Of a stretch of DNA of 64,000 nucleotides, positions 18,535 to 28,461 are shown piece by piece. The first letter of the stretch is position 1. Each line of letters opens with the position of its first letter. Origin of the DNA: Bdellovibrionota bacterium (GTDB lineage Bacteria > Bdellovibrionota_C > UBA2361 > CALJRW01); assembly GCA_041740355.1 (NCBI GenBank), contig JBGSMD010000063.1, forward strand, positions 142,612 through 206,611, in the 5' to 3' direction. The position numbers and the translations under genes were made by a program. A model generated the notes under the pieces. It had not been told where the DNA came from. It ran no database searches and worked only from the letters and a program-made list of their open reading frames with translations.

Positions 18535-20388
18535 ATGATCAAATTCTTTCTCTCCTTTCTGCTATTCTCGACCTCGCTCTTTGCTCAATCTACTAATCCT
18601 GAGAATTTTGACATTGGTTCACCTGACACCCAATCTATTTGGATCGATATCAACAATGGTAATGACAGTAATAGTGGAAATTCAGAAACCTTAGCCTTAA
18701 GAACTATTACCGCTGCCTGGAATAGAATCCCAACTAACGCCGCTTTATCTCAAGGTTATCATTTAAAAATTAAAGCTGGGAACTATCCCGAAGATACTCT
18801 GCCAAATTATTGGGAGAATCGAATAGGGACATTAAATAGTCCAATAATTCTAGAAGCTATTGATGGAGTTGGAACTGTAATATTTGGAGGGGATATCAAT
18901 GCCTTTAATATCCATTATTTCTATTTAATAGGCATCAGTATTTACGCTAATGGAGACTCTTTCCACTGTGAGCAATGTAATACAACACTTCTTAGAAAAG
19001 TCACCTTTGATGGCGGTAATCGAGAGGCACATGAAACTATTAAGATTAACCAATCACAAAATTTCTATTTAGAAAATTCTATAATTCGCGGAGCTGATGA
19101 TAATGCAATCGATTTAGTAGCTGTCCAAAATGGACACATTATTAACAACGCAATTTCTAATGCTAATGACTGGTGCATCTACGTTAAAGGTGGCTCGGCT
19201 TATTTCACAGTTGCAGGCAATGAAATCTTTGACTGTGGAACGGGTGGCTTTACTGCTGGGCAAGGCACGGGCTTAGAATTTATGGAAAGCCCCTGGTTAC
19301 ACTACGAAGCTTATGACATTAAAGTCTTTAATAATATTATTCACCACACGGAAGGTGCGGGACTAGGCGTTAATGGGGGTTACAACATACTAATGTCTTA
19401 CAACACCCTCTATCATGTTGGAATTAGATCCCATTTAATAGAATTTGTTTTTGGAGAACGCTCCTGTGATGGCAATAACACTGCCTGCAATAATCGAGTA
19501 GCTCTTGGCGCTTGGGGACCAAATAGTAATTTAATTGCCCCACAACCAATCCCTAATAAAAATATCTTCTTTTACAACAATATAATTCAAAATCCTCCCG
19601 GAGTTGAAAGTCAGTGGCAACATTTAGCAATTTATGGACCAAGAACTGCACTTCTTGGAACAAATTTAATCAACCCTGTAGAAAGTGATCAAAATCTAGT
19701 TATCAAGAATAATATTATTTGGAATGGGACTGGAGACCTCCCTCTGGGCATTGGCGGAAGTGATGCTTGTCAGAATTCCAACCCTACTTGTAACGAATCT
19801 CAATTAACTAATGATAATTTTATCAATTCTTTAGAACCTGAATTTATTAATCCTACCACTTTGGATTTCCGACCAGTTGCAGAAAGTTCCCTGTTCTCAA
19901 TTCCACCAATTGCTTTACCAAGTTTTGCTGGGACAGATCGAATTGCCTCTCCCCTTGCCCCACTTGGTAACCTTAATAATCAAATTGCATTAGACAAAGG
20001 ATTTAATACTAGGACAACACTTGGAACAATTGGAGCTTATGCCTTTAGTGACTCTGCACTTGATCCAGATTTACCACCAGACGCTGAAAATCCAGCAGTT
20101 TTATCAGTATCAGATCTTCGAATCTCTAAAAGACGAGTTCTTAGAAATGAAACAGTCCGAATATCCTGCCGAGTATCAGGGGGAAATGTAAACCGGGTCT
20201 GGCTAACACTTAATAATACCAATTCCAAAGAGTTAAGACTTCGAAACAATCGCTATAGACTCAAGTTGCGCCTTAAACGTAAAGGTCGTTATAATTTACA
20301 AATAAATGCTACAGATTCTGATAATCTAACTGAATTAAATGCTGGGATATTAACAGTCATAAAAGTAATTTTAAAGGGGAATTTATAA
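18535..20388 (+). CDS. Secreted right-handed parallel beta-helix (pectin-lyase-like) protein with a basic C-terminal beta domain
   Basis: Signal peptide; GNDSNSG..ALRTITAAW; Asn-rich beta-helix repeats; Arg/Lys-rich last ~95 aa. Confidence 0.8.
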   Translation: MIKFFLSFLLFSTSLFAQSTNPENFDIGSPDTQSIWIDINNGNDSNSGNSETLALRTITAAWNRIPTNAALSQGYHLKIKAGNYPEDTLPNYWENRIGTLNSPIILEAIDGVGTVIFGGDINAFNIHYFYLIGISIYANGDSFHCEQCNTTLLRKVTFDGGNREAHETIKINQSQNFYLENSIIRGADDNAIDLVAVQNGHIINNAISNANDWCIYVKGGSAYFTVAGNEIFDCGTGGFTAGQGTGLEFMESPWLHYEAYDIKVFNNIIHHTEGAGLGVNGGYNILMSYNTLYHVGIRSHLIEFVFGERSCDGNNTACNNRVALGAWGPNSNLIAPQPIPNKNIFFYNNIIQNPPGVESQWQHLAIYGPRTALLGTNLINPVESDQNLVIKNNIIWNGTGDLPLGIGGSDACQNSNPTCNESQLTNDNFINSLEPEFINPTTLDFRPVAESSLFSIPPIALPSFAGTDRIASPLAPLGNLNNQIALDKGFNTRTTLGTIGAYAFSDSALDPDLPPDAENPAVLSVSDLRISKRRVLRNETVRISCRVSGGNVNRVWLTLNNTNSKELRLRNNRYRLKLRLKRKGRYNLQINATDSDNLTELNAGILTVIKVILKGNL

Positions 20389-20447
20389 GTTATTAATTTA
20401 GTAAAATAACGAATGGTAATATTTATAAATATGGATATAATAATCTG

Positions 20448-20648
20448 ATGCGCTTTAAAGATTTTAATTCACCTAATCAACATGGAGCTTCACTATTAGA
20501 GTATTCTATTCTTATTGCACTTATTGCACTTGTTGCATTTGGGGCTGTGACCTATTTTGGGGATCAGAATAAAGACTCCCTGGAAAACTCAGCTGAGTGC
20601 ATTAGAGCAGCAACTAATGGCGAACCAATTACTCCTGAATGCCAATAA
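20448..20648 (+). CDS. Flp-family type IVb pilin
   Basis: 66 aa; G|ASLLEYSILIALIA prepilin cleavage site with E+5/Y+6; hydrophobic helix; two C-terminal Cys. Confidence 0.85.
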   Translation: MRFKDFNSPNQHGASLLEYSILIALIALVAFGAVTYFGDQNKDSLENSAECIRAATNGEPITPECQ

Positions 20649-20683
20649 TAATTTGAGATTTGAACCACTTCTAATTTTTATAT

Positions 20684-21556
20684 TTGCATGTGTTTAAATA
20701 CTCTCTTGCCAATCTAACGCTAAGTTCTGATTTGGAGATTAACTATCTACCTGCCACCACTAAGCCTAAAATTGATTTAGAAATAAAATTTCAAAAATTC
20801 AATAGGCCCGAGAACCTTACCCCCTATCATTCTTGGTTAAACGATGATTTATCAAAACGTTTAAACTTTTACCAAGACAAGAACGTCTACTATCTTGAGT
20901 ATCCTGATTTAATTTCATTTTGCATTTCCGACAATCAAATCCTCTGTGAAAAAGTAATTACCGAAGACTATCATTACCTCCATCTTTTAACAGACCAGGT
21001 AATTCCTCTTTACATAAGCCTCACAACCCTAGTGCTTCACGCCTCAGCCTTCTCCTACCAAGATTATCAAATAATTTTACTAGGAAAGTCAGGCTCAGGA
21101 AAATCAACTTTAGTCAGTAAGTTATACCCACTTGGTAAATTTATTTCCGATGATTTTCTACCAATAAAATTTAACGAAGATATTCCTCAATTAATTCCAA
21201 CTTATCCTGGGATTAGGCTGATTGGAGAGAGGGAGCAGAAAAAAGTGACTTCCGTTAAAGAAAAAGATTTTGCTCATTTGCAAGAAACAAAAAATATTGT
21301 GATTGTTTACCTAGACCGAGATTATACAATAAAGCCACAAGATTATAATCTCTCCACTACCAAACCAAATGAAGTGTACCAACAATTACTTACTGAACTT
21401 GTCCAACTAGCTTCAAATGATAAATTGAAGTTACTAGATACCTTTACTCAACTAAATCAATTTATTAGGAAATATCAACTTATGAAACTATCGTACTCTG
21501 ACTTAACTAGAGTAAATCTCGAAGCTTTGGTAATAAAGTTAATTTATAAAGATTAG
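20684..21556 (+). CDS. HPr-kinase-related kinase (lasso-cluster K-type)
   Basis: LVLHASA, GKSGSGKST Walker A, ISDD. Lacks the N-terminal DRTGG domain of true HprK. Confidence 0.8.
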   Translation: MHVFKYSLANLTLSSDLEINYLPATTKPKIDLEIKFQKFNRPENLTPYHSWLNDDLSKRLNFYQDKNVYYLEYPDLISFCISDNQILCEKVITEDYHYLHLLTDQVIPLYISLTTLVLHASAFSYQDYQIILLGKSGSGKSTLVSKLYPLGKFISDDFLPIKFNEDIPQLIPTYPGIRLIGEREQKKVTSVKEKDFAHLQETKNIVIVYLDRDYTIKPQDYNLSTTKPNEVYQQLLTELVQLASNDKLKLLDTFTQLNQFIRKYQLMKLSYSDLTRVNLEALVIKLIYKD

Positions 21557-21565
21557 AATTACAGA

Positions 21566-22675
21566 TTACTGAACTTTCCTTCTATAAAAAGGTTTTTCAC
21601 AAACTAGATAGAATAAATAACAACCAACTAAAGTTATAGATAAGCTAATCAGATTAAACATAATAGTATTTTCTGATATCACTTGACGCACAAAAATTTC
21701 AACTAACAATAATAACTTGGCATGAATAAGGTATATTGAATACGAAAATAGTCCTAATAAATTAAAGGTTGTGACAATTATATTTCGCTTAGAAAGTAAA
21801 TTAATATATCTTAACTCAAAACTTTCGACTAACCATATTAAGATAGCAAAAAACCCGGCAAACAATACTGGAGAAACTTGATCAATATTAAACAATAAGT
21901 AGATAAGAATACTTGTGATAATACAAAATAGTATTTGAAAAAAATTTTTGTAGATTTCATAAGTACTTGGTTTTATTTTGTTATAAAACAATGTATTTAT
22001 AAGAATACCTATTGCAAAGAAATGCCAATAATACACAAATAAGCCAGACAAATGATATTCTTGTAAGAAAGCAACTGCAATAATTGATATTGCAGTGACT
22101 ACTGCTAGGAATAAATAAATTCTAGTTTTTAAGCATAAACCAATAAACATTATTAAATAAAACTGCATCTCGATAGCAAGCGACCAATAAACACTATTAA
22201 TCGGATTAAATTTATCTGATAGCCATTGTCGATCTAATGGAGAGTCAAATATTTTGACAAGTGAAATTGTTTTAACCCATTCAAAGAAGGAAAATTGTAG
22301 ATATTCATAGGACTGGGCCTCAATAGTAAATGGAGAGATATACTTACCTGTCTTAAAACTACTAATAAATTCAATTATGAATGGTATGATTGCAACAAAA
22401 ACTATAGAAAACCAAAAAGTGACATAAATACGTTTTGATCTTCTAAAAATAAACATATATGGCTTTTCATTTGATGCAATTGACTGCCTAAGTGATGACA
22501 TCACACAATAACCAGAGATTATAAAAAACATTTGAACTCCAAGGCTACCATTAGAAAAAAGATTCTCTAGAAATGGAAAGAAGTTCTTAAAGCTACTGTT
22601 CCAAGATAGGTGAAAAGTAAAAACCCATAGAGCAGCAAGTCCACGAAAAGCATCGAGAATATTAAATTTCATCAA
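21566..22675 (-). CDS. Acyltransferase-3 (OafA-like) membrane O-acyltransferase
   Basis: LDAFRGLAA, GVQMFFIISGY, YWSLAIEMQFY, SYSIYLIH, EKP. Confidence 0.92.
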   Translation of the reverse strand: MMKFNILDAFRGLAALWVFTFHLSWNSSFKNFFPFLENLFSNGSLGVQMFFIISGYCVMSSLRQSIASNEKPYMFIFRRSKRIYVTFWFSIVFVAIIPFIIEFISSFKTGKYISPFTIEAQSYEYLQFSFFEWVKTISLVKIFDSPLDRQWLSDKFNPINSVYWSLAIEMQFYLIMFIGLCLKTRIYLFLAVVTAISIIAVAFLQEYHLSGLFVYYWHFFAIGILINTLFYNKIKPSTYEIYKNFFQILFCIITSILIYLLFNIDQVSPVLFAGFFAILIWLVESFELRYINLLSKRNIIVTTFNLLGLFSYSIYLIHAKLLLLVEIFVRQVISENTIMFNLISLSITLVGCYLFYLVCEKPFYRRKVQ

Positions 22676-22756
22676 GCGTTGTCTCTTCTCAAATCAAGAA
22701 ATCTTATTTACTGTATTCAAAAAATTATTTAATGGCATATACAAATACTTAATTTC

Positions 22757-24349
22757 TTAATCGTTACTAGCAATTTTATACAACTCCAAACCCTCTGGAT
22801 CAAACTTGTACCTGTTATGATAGGGGAAAACCTTCTCTAATTTATAATTTGGATTATTAGGTAATAAATTGATCAAATCAAAATGATGCTTTTCAGGGAA
22901 TTGAACATCGACGGTTTTATCAACTATCACCCAGTTAATTTCATTGTCAATAAGCATGGACTCCAGCTCGCTTAAATTTTCATATTTTGCATTATAGCTA
23001 CTACCAGACCAATTTACATTTGAAAGAAGCTTGTCGGATCTAATTAAGGACCTATTATTACCTAAACTAATATTAGCAAACTCTACAATCATGCCACCTT
23101 GGCCAAATGGGTCCGAAGCTATTAATATTTTATCGTCAATAATTGATTCTTTTTCTAAATACTGCACTACGCTCTGACTTCCTTGAATCCTTTTAATATA
23201 AAAATCGAAATTATTAGAACTGTAAACTCCTGTAAAAAAAGCAGTAAATATTAGGATTGAAGTAATACTCTTCCGCCTTATATCTAAAGACTCAAATCCA
23301 ATTACTAGGACAAGAAGCAACATTGGAATCAGAACAACATAATGTCTTATAACTGTCCCGGTAGGTATAAAAAGGTGAAAAGCTATATAAGAAAATATTC
23401 CCATTAAAACAATATAAAGGATGACTTCCTTATCTTTATTTACTTCCTGTAGATCTACTTGTGTACGCTTTAAAACTGGTAAATAATTTAACAGTGCTAA
23501 GAGAAAAATTAGAACTACTAATGAGACGGATAATTGGTCTGTAATAAATAAGAAGATATTTTTCAAAGAATATATAGCATATTTTGTAATATCTTCCTCC
23601 ACTGACCACCCTAGGGAACGATATTCTTTAGTATAATGATACCATAGAAATGTAAATATAACGGGAGGTAGAAAACAAGATACTAAATTCTGCTTTCTAA
23701 GATCTTTAAATGAAATGTACCTAACTAGAACCAAAGGAATCCATAAATAAACAAATAAAAAATTTCCTTTAGTTAAAGAACCAACTGTAACAACAAGCGA
23801 TAATAAAAAGGTACTGAACGCTGATTGCCCCTTTATAAAATTCAAGAGCAGTATAATTACTAATGTGACTTCTAATTCAATTAAATGGTCTAACATGAAT
23901 GTAGCCATCTGCTTCTGCCACTCAAATACAAGCAGAAGTAATATTGGTAAGATTAGGGCTAAAAATAAATTGGTAACCTTTGAAAGTAGATAAAATGTAC
24001 AGTGCAAAATTCCAGCAGCAATGAGGCATTGTAAAAACATCATCTTTGCAATGCTAGCACCAAAAACTAATCCATAAAGTGACGCACCTAAGTAAAATGC
24101 GGGTGGCCAATTTCCAAGTCCAATCTTAGGATAATGCAAATAGAAATCTTGAAAAAAGTGTAATGGATTCGCTGGAAAACTAGATCCAAAATACTTAATA
24201 AACATAAGTACTGTTAAATAGTGTGCAGGTTCATCAGATGTAGCGCCTAGTTCAGAAGAAAAAGCATTCGCATAGAAATTCACTATCGAAATAACTAGTA
24301 AATAAACTAAAAAAATAATGAAGTATCTAATAATCTTCTGATTATTCAT
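22757..24349 (-). CDS. ArnT/PMT-like GT-C membrane glycosyltransferase
   Basis: Polytopic; SDEPAHY after TM1, WPP.FY, LTKG, RH; C-terminal soluble domain. Confidence 0.7.
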   Translation of the reverse strand: MNNQKIIRYFIIFLVYLLVISIVNFYANAFSSELGATSDEPAHYLTVLMFIKYFGSSFPANPLHFFQDFYLHYPKIGLGNWPPAFYLGASLYGLVFGASIAKMMFLQCLIAAGILHCTFYLLSKVTNLFLALILPILLLLVFEWQKQMATFMLDHLIELEVTLVIILLLNFIKGQSAFSTFLLSLVVTVGSLTKGNFLFVYLWIPLVLVRYISFKDLRKQNLVSCFLPPVIFTFLWYHYTKEYRSLGWSVEEDITKYAIYSLKNIFLFITDQLSVSLVVLIFLLALLNYLPVLKRTQVDLQEVNKDKEVILYIVLMGIFSYIAFHLFIPTGTVIRHYVVLIPMLLLVLVIGFESLDIRRKSITSILIFTAFFTGVYSSNNFDFYIKRIQGSQSVVQYLEKESIIDDKILIASDPFGQGGMIVEFANISLGNNRSLIRSDKLLSNVNWSGSSYNAKYENLSELESMLIDNEINWVIVDKTVDVQFPEKHHFDLINLLPNNPNYKLEKVFPYHNRYKFDPEGLELYKIASND

Positions 24350-24422
24350 AATTTAATGATTAAAGGCTCTATTTGAATAGTAATAATGATATTAAGTTTT
24401 TAAAAATATAAATTTCCAATAT

Positions 24423-25424
24423 TTATACTTCCTTAGTATGACGACTGTATACATTCTTCAAGTATTTTTGTGCAGGCTTTTCAATTAAATAACAAATTGC
24501 CGTGGCTAAACTTAATGATACTACTGTTGCAAATATAATTCCGATTGATGGATTTAAACCCAAACTATAGGAATACCGAATAATCATGTAGCCAATATTC
24601 TGATGTATTAAATAAAGTGGATAAGAAATTGTTCCCAAAAAAACTAATGGTTTGATAGATAAAAACTTAAGCTTTCCTAAAGCAGCGAGCAATACAACTA
24701 TGCTAATTAAGATTAGCGATAAAGCAATATAGTTTGAATATTTTAGAAGAATTGCAAAAAAACTCATGATGACAACTGAGACTACCCACTTGTTTATTAA
24801 ATTTTGTTTAATTTTATAAAAACAAATTCCAAGAGCAAAAAATTGTATATATTGTAATAAAAAAAATGCCTTAACTTTATTATTAATATCAAAGTTGAAT
24901 CTATGGTAGATTAATATACAGCTAATAATAATCCATAAGAATAAATAACTTTCGATATTTTCTTGTCTTTTAAAATAGAAAAGACAACCCATCCAAAAAT
25001 AGAAAGCCAACTCAAGTGTCAATGTCCAATAAACTCCATCGACGTGAGGATAGGAAAAATAATCCTGCAACATCGTAAAGTTTAGGATCAAATCAATAAG
25101 TGAAACATTATGATTAGGAAGACCTATCAGTAAAAGACATATAAATGTAAGTATTACTGTCGCCCAATAGCCTGGAAATAACCTCGCAAATCTAGAGAAT
25201 AAAAAGTCACTTAGTTGTTGGCTGTTTGATAAAGTCCAAAAAATAACAAAGCCACTGATAATAAAGAAAAGCTCAACTCCGTAACGACCAAATTTTAGAA
25301 ACTCTGGAAAATTAAAACTATGCTTATAATATTCATTATAGATGAAGAAATAATGATATATTAGCACAGAGATAGCTGCTATTCCCCTTAAGCTATCAAG
25401 CTCTAATAATCTCTTATTTTGCAT
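24423..25424 (-). CDS. Acyltransferase-3 (OafA-like) membrane O-acyltransferase
   Basis: LDSLRGIAA, GVELFFIISGFVI, RFARLFP, YWTLTLELAFY, SYPLYLIH, IEKP. Confidence 0.93.
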   Translation of the reverse strand: MQNKRLLELDSLRGIAAISVLIYHYFFIYNEYYKHSFNFPEFLKFGRYGVELFFIISGFVIFWTLSNSQQLSDFLFSRFARLFPGYWATVILTFICLLLIGLPNHNVSLIDLILNFTMLQDYFSYPHVDGVYWTLTLELAFYFWMGCLFYFKRQENIESYLFLWIIISCILIYHRFNFDINNKVKAFFLLQYIQFFALGICFYKIKQNLINKWVVSVVIMSFFAILLKYSNYIALSLILISIVVLLAALGKLKFLSIKPLVFLGTISYPLYLIHQNIGYMIIRYSYSLGLNPSIGIIFATVVSLSLATAICYLIEKPAQKYLKNVYSRHTKEV

Positions 25425-26415
25425 TATCTCTATTAAAAATAAATCTTATATATTTAGTTATAAATATCTTACAAATACTATGTTTACTATTTAAATCTGG
25501 TCCAAAAGGTAATAAATATCGATAAGCTAAATTTTTTAATTTATTAGAAAAAGTATTATATTTAATAATGTTATGTATCTCGTTAAATCTACTATGACTA
25601 TCTGTTTTATGAATTGGCTGCACTTTATTGTTAAAGAATTCATTATAGAAATCTAGGGTCTGAGTTAATATCTTATTAAGCTGATACTTATCAGCTAACT
25701 CTACTAACTTTTGAAAATCGACTATGCTTCTTTGAAGAATTACATCAAGATCTATAAAATTCTGTGCTTGCATCCAATTATTTTTATAGGAATGAATCGC
25801 TAACAAAAGAACTTGATACTCCCAGTTCAAATCAACCTCATAGTGCTTTTGCTTTATAGTCTCCGTATGCTTCCAATAATCTAAACTAAACTCAGGATTA
25901 CAAATAAATACTTCTGCTAATTTCCAGTGTAAATCCAATTCTACACCGGATTCAAGATGAACTAACGTTATGGAATGATTAATAAAGAGTTCCAGTCTTT
26001 TTTTACATCCAGTAAAAGAAAAATCAGCTTTCCATCCATGTTCTTGTAGTAATTTTAATGCTAAGTCTAGATCCTTAGCCTCTACTAAAAAATCTATGTC
26101 TTTGATGTCGCGAAATTGGGAATACTCTGGATATTTTTCTATCAAATAAAGACCTTTAATTGTCTTAAAAGGGATTTGATGTTTATTTAAAAGATCTATT
26201 ACGTCAGCTGCACTTATCAATAGTAGTTCTTTTAAGGCTCTAGCAATGAATGCTTCCTCAATAAGCAAAACATCATTTTTCATTAATAAAATCATGTGAG
26301 CAAGAGATATTATTTTATTCTTAATAAGAAATGACTTAAAGATTGATCGATCGACAAAACCTTCTTGATATTTTTCTATTAAATTTACAAATTTTACATC
26401 TTCAAATTGGGTCAT
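25414..26415 (-). CDS. Nucleotidyltransferase family protein (NTP_transf_5; type found in lasso clusters)
   Basis: IKGLYL, R..KDIDFLV, VELDLHW, later helical D-L motif. Confidence 0.82.
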   Translation of the reverse strand: MTQFEDVKFVNLIEKYQEGFVDRSIFKSFLIKNKIISLAHMILLMKNDVLLIEEAFIARALKELLLISAADVIDLLNKHQIPFKTIKGLYLIEKYPEYSQFRDIKDIDFLVEAKDLDLALKLLQEHGWKADFSFTGCKKRLELFINHSITLVHLESGVELDLHWKLAEVFICNPEFSLDYWKHTETIKQKHYEVDLNWEYQVLLLAIHSYKNNWMQAQNFIDLDVILQRSIVDFQKLVELADKYQLNKILTQTLDFYNEFFNNKVQPIHKTDSHSRFNEIHNIIKYNTFSNKLKNLAYRYLLPFGPDLNSKHSICKIFITKYIRFIFNRDNAK

Positions 26416-26588
26416 TGATGATTACCTGATTAGAGATATTTACTAAGTTCTGTGGGGATTCGTTAAATTAATATTTATTGTTAAACGTAAAGATCTATTA
26501 TAGTCAGATCCAGCTTACAATATAATTACACTTGTAGAAAACCTAAATCCACCTATATTAACTTAAGTTATTATCAAATTACCAACGA

Positions 26589-27272
26589 ATGGAAAGCAAC
26601 TTATATAATAAAGTTTCACACTACCAAGGAGAAAAAGGAGAAGAATATTTCACTTGGCAAAATTCAGGTAAAGAATTTGCTGCCAAAATTTTTCAACATA
26701 AATTTCATAGCTATATAAAACCAACAGATATAGTAGTCGATTTTGGTTGTGGCGGTGGTCAACTGCTTAAAGCTCTTGCTTGTTCACAAAGGATTGGTAT
26801 CGAAGTAAATCCAATTGCCCGAGAATTCACAAATAACTCAGGAATTATTTGTTATGAATCCCTTGAATATTTAAATGATAATTCAATTGATGTTATCATT
26901 TCCCATCATGCCCTAGAACATGTGGAGTTTCCAATAGGAGTACTTAGACAAATGACGCAAAAATTAAAGCTCAATGGTACTTTAGTACTTTGTGTTCCTA
27001 TCGACAACTGGAGACTACAAAACAAATATGATCCGAAAGATCCAAACCATCACCTACACACATGGACTACTCAACTCTTGGGTAATACATTATTCGAAGC
27101 TGGATTTGAGGATATAAAGATATCATATCATGTTCGATCTTGGACTAAGCGATGGACTGTTTTCTTATATGGAAGATTTCCATTTTGGTTTTTTAATTTT
27201 GTTTCCTATTGCCATGGAATAATTACTGGGAAAGGAAGGGAGTTAGTTGCTGTCGTAAAAAGAAAATCCTAA
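26589..27272 (+). CDS. Class I SAM-dependent methyltransferase
   Basis: VVDFGCGGG, IGIEVN, HHALEHV. Confidence 0.9.
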   Translation: MESNLYNKVSHYQGEKGEEYFTWQNSGKEFAAKIFQHKFHSYIKPTDIVVDFGCGGGQLLKALACSQRIGIEVNPIAREFTNNSGIICYESLEYLNDNSIDVIISHHALEHVEFPIGVLRQMTQKLKLNGTLVLCVPIDNWRLQNKYDPKDPNHHLHTWTTQLLGNTLFEAGFEDIKISYHVRSWTKRWTVFLYGRFPFWFFNFVSYCHGIITGKGRELVAVVKRKS

Positions 27273-28411
27273 GATTTATCAGATAATATTTCTTGGTATA
27301 CATTCATAAGTATCCTAGATTGTTTGATGCTGTCATAATCTTCTTCAACACGTTTGCGAGCACCTATTCTTGATTCTTCTCTCAGTGTAGTATCTCTCAT
27401 ATATTTAGTTATAACATTTGATAAAGCTTCAATATCATCTTGAGGAACAATTTCACCACCTCCAGGCAATATCTGCTCACTCACAGTGTCTTTACTTGAA
27501 TACCCAACCACGGGACAAGAGCAAGCAAGCGCTTGTAAAACACTCAAGCTACAGGCTTCTTCAATACTAGTATTAACAAATAAATCTAGTGTGGAATAAA
27601 ATCCAACTAAATCATCAAGATGTCCAAGAAATCGTATTTGGTCGCCTAATAAATATTTTGCTTCTTGAATTAATTTATTTCCATATTCAAAATCCTCAGG
27701 TAAATAATTTCCTGCAATCAATATTATAATGTCTTTTGATTTTATTTTCGCAACTGCTTGGATTAAATGTTCAACTTGTTTACGGGGACGGAGTGCGCAG
27801 GCAACACCAACAATAAATTTATTAGTAATTTTTTCAGACTTAAGGAATTGATCTTTTAGATTCTGATTAAAAGAATATTGCTCAAGGTTAATTCCATTTT
27901 TTAGCACTGCTAAGTATTTTTGTTCAACAATACCACTAATATTTGGCAAGCAAATTACCTTGTTAGCTTCGCTAGTAAAAAATACTTTTCTTAACTGTGA
28001 TTTGTTCTTAAATGCCCATAGACAAAATTCTTTGTTCATTGAGAAATGAATACTAACTACATTCGGTATAATAAGAATCCTTGAAATTAAATTACCTATT
28101 GGAAAAATATTTTGTTCATTACAATGAATGATATTAATTCTATAGATTATAGCTATATAGGCTAATTTGAATAACTGAATAAGTAACTTAAGAGGTTGAA
28201 ATTTATCTGGATGATCTAAATTAAGTATATAAACTGGAATTTCATTTTGCTTTGCCCAAGTATGCAAAGTACCTTCTGAAATTGTTACAATGATTGGAAT
28301 AAAAAACTTATCGGATAGATTATTAATCCATCCTTCCATTGGAAGAGCCGTACTTTGCAGATTGGGATTATTTGTTAGGTATAATACCTTTATTCGCTTA
28401 TGGTTAGTCAT
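27269..28411 (-). CDS. GT4 glycosyltransferase
   Basis: KNGIN, RPRKQ, NTSIEEACSLSVLQALAC (the second Glu of EX7E is Gln). Confidence 0.85.
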   Translation of the reverse strand: MTNHKRIKVLYLTNNPNLQSTALPMEGWINNLSDKFFIPIIVTISEGTLHTWAKQNEIPVYILNLDHPDKFQPLKLLIQLFKLAYIAIIYRINIIHCNEQNIFPIGNLISRILIIPNVVSIHFSMNKEFCLWAFKNKSQLRKVFFTSEANKVICLPNISGIVEQKYLAVLKNGINLEQYSFNQNLKDQFLKSEKITNKFIVGVACALRPRKQVEHLIQAVAKIKSKDIIILIAGNYLPEDFEYGNKLIQEAKYLLGDQIRFLGHLDDLVGFYSTLDLFVNTSIEEACSLSVLQALACSCPVVGYSSKDTVSEQILPGGGEIVPQDDIEALSNVITKYMRDTTLREESRIGARKRVEEDYDSIKQSRILMNVYQEILSDKS

Positions 28412-28461
28412 CCCTATCTCATTGAGGTTAATGTTTTGAACTAAACTTTAATTTATACAAT

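Noticed and set aside
20448-20648. Small ORF beside the kinase as the lasso precursor
   Set aside because: Clear Flp prepilin motif and TM helix; no lasso leader. Kept only as a speculative modification substrate.
20684-21556. Genuine hprK of the PTS system
   Set aside because: Lacks the HprK N-terminal domain and downstream signature; no PTS genes nearby.
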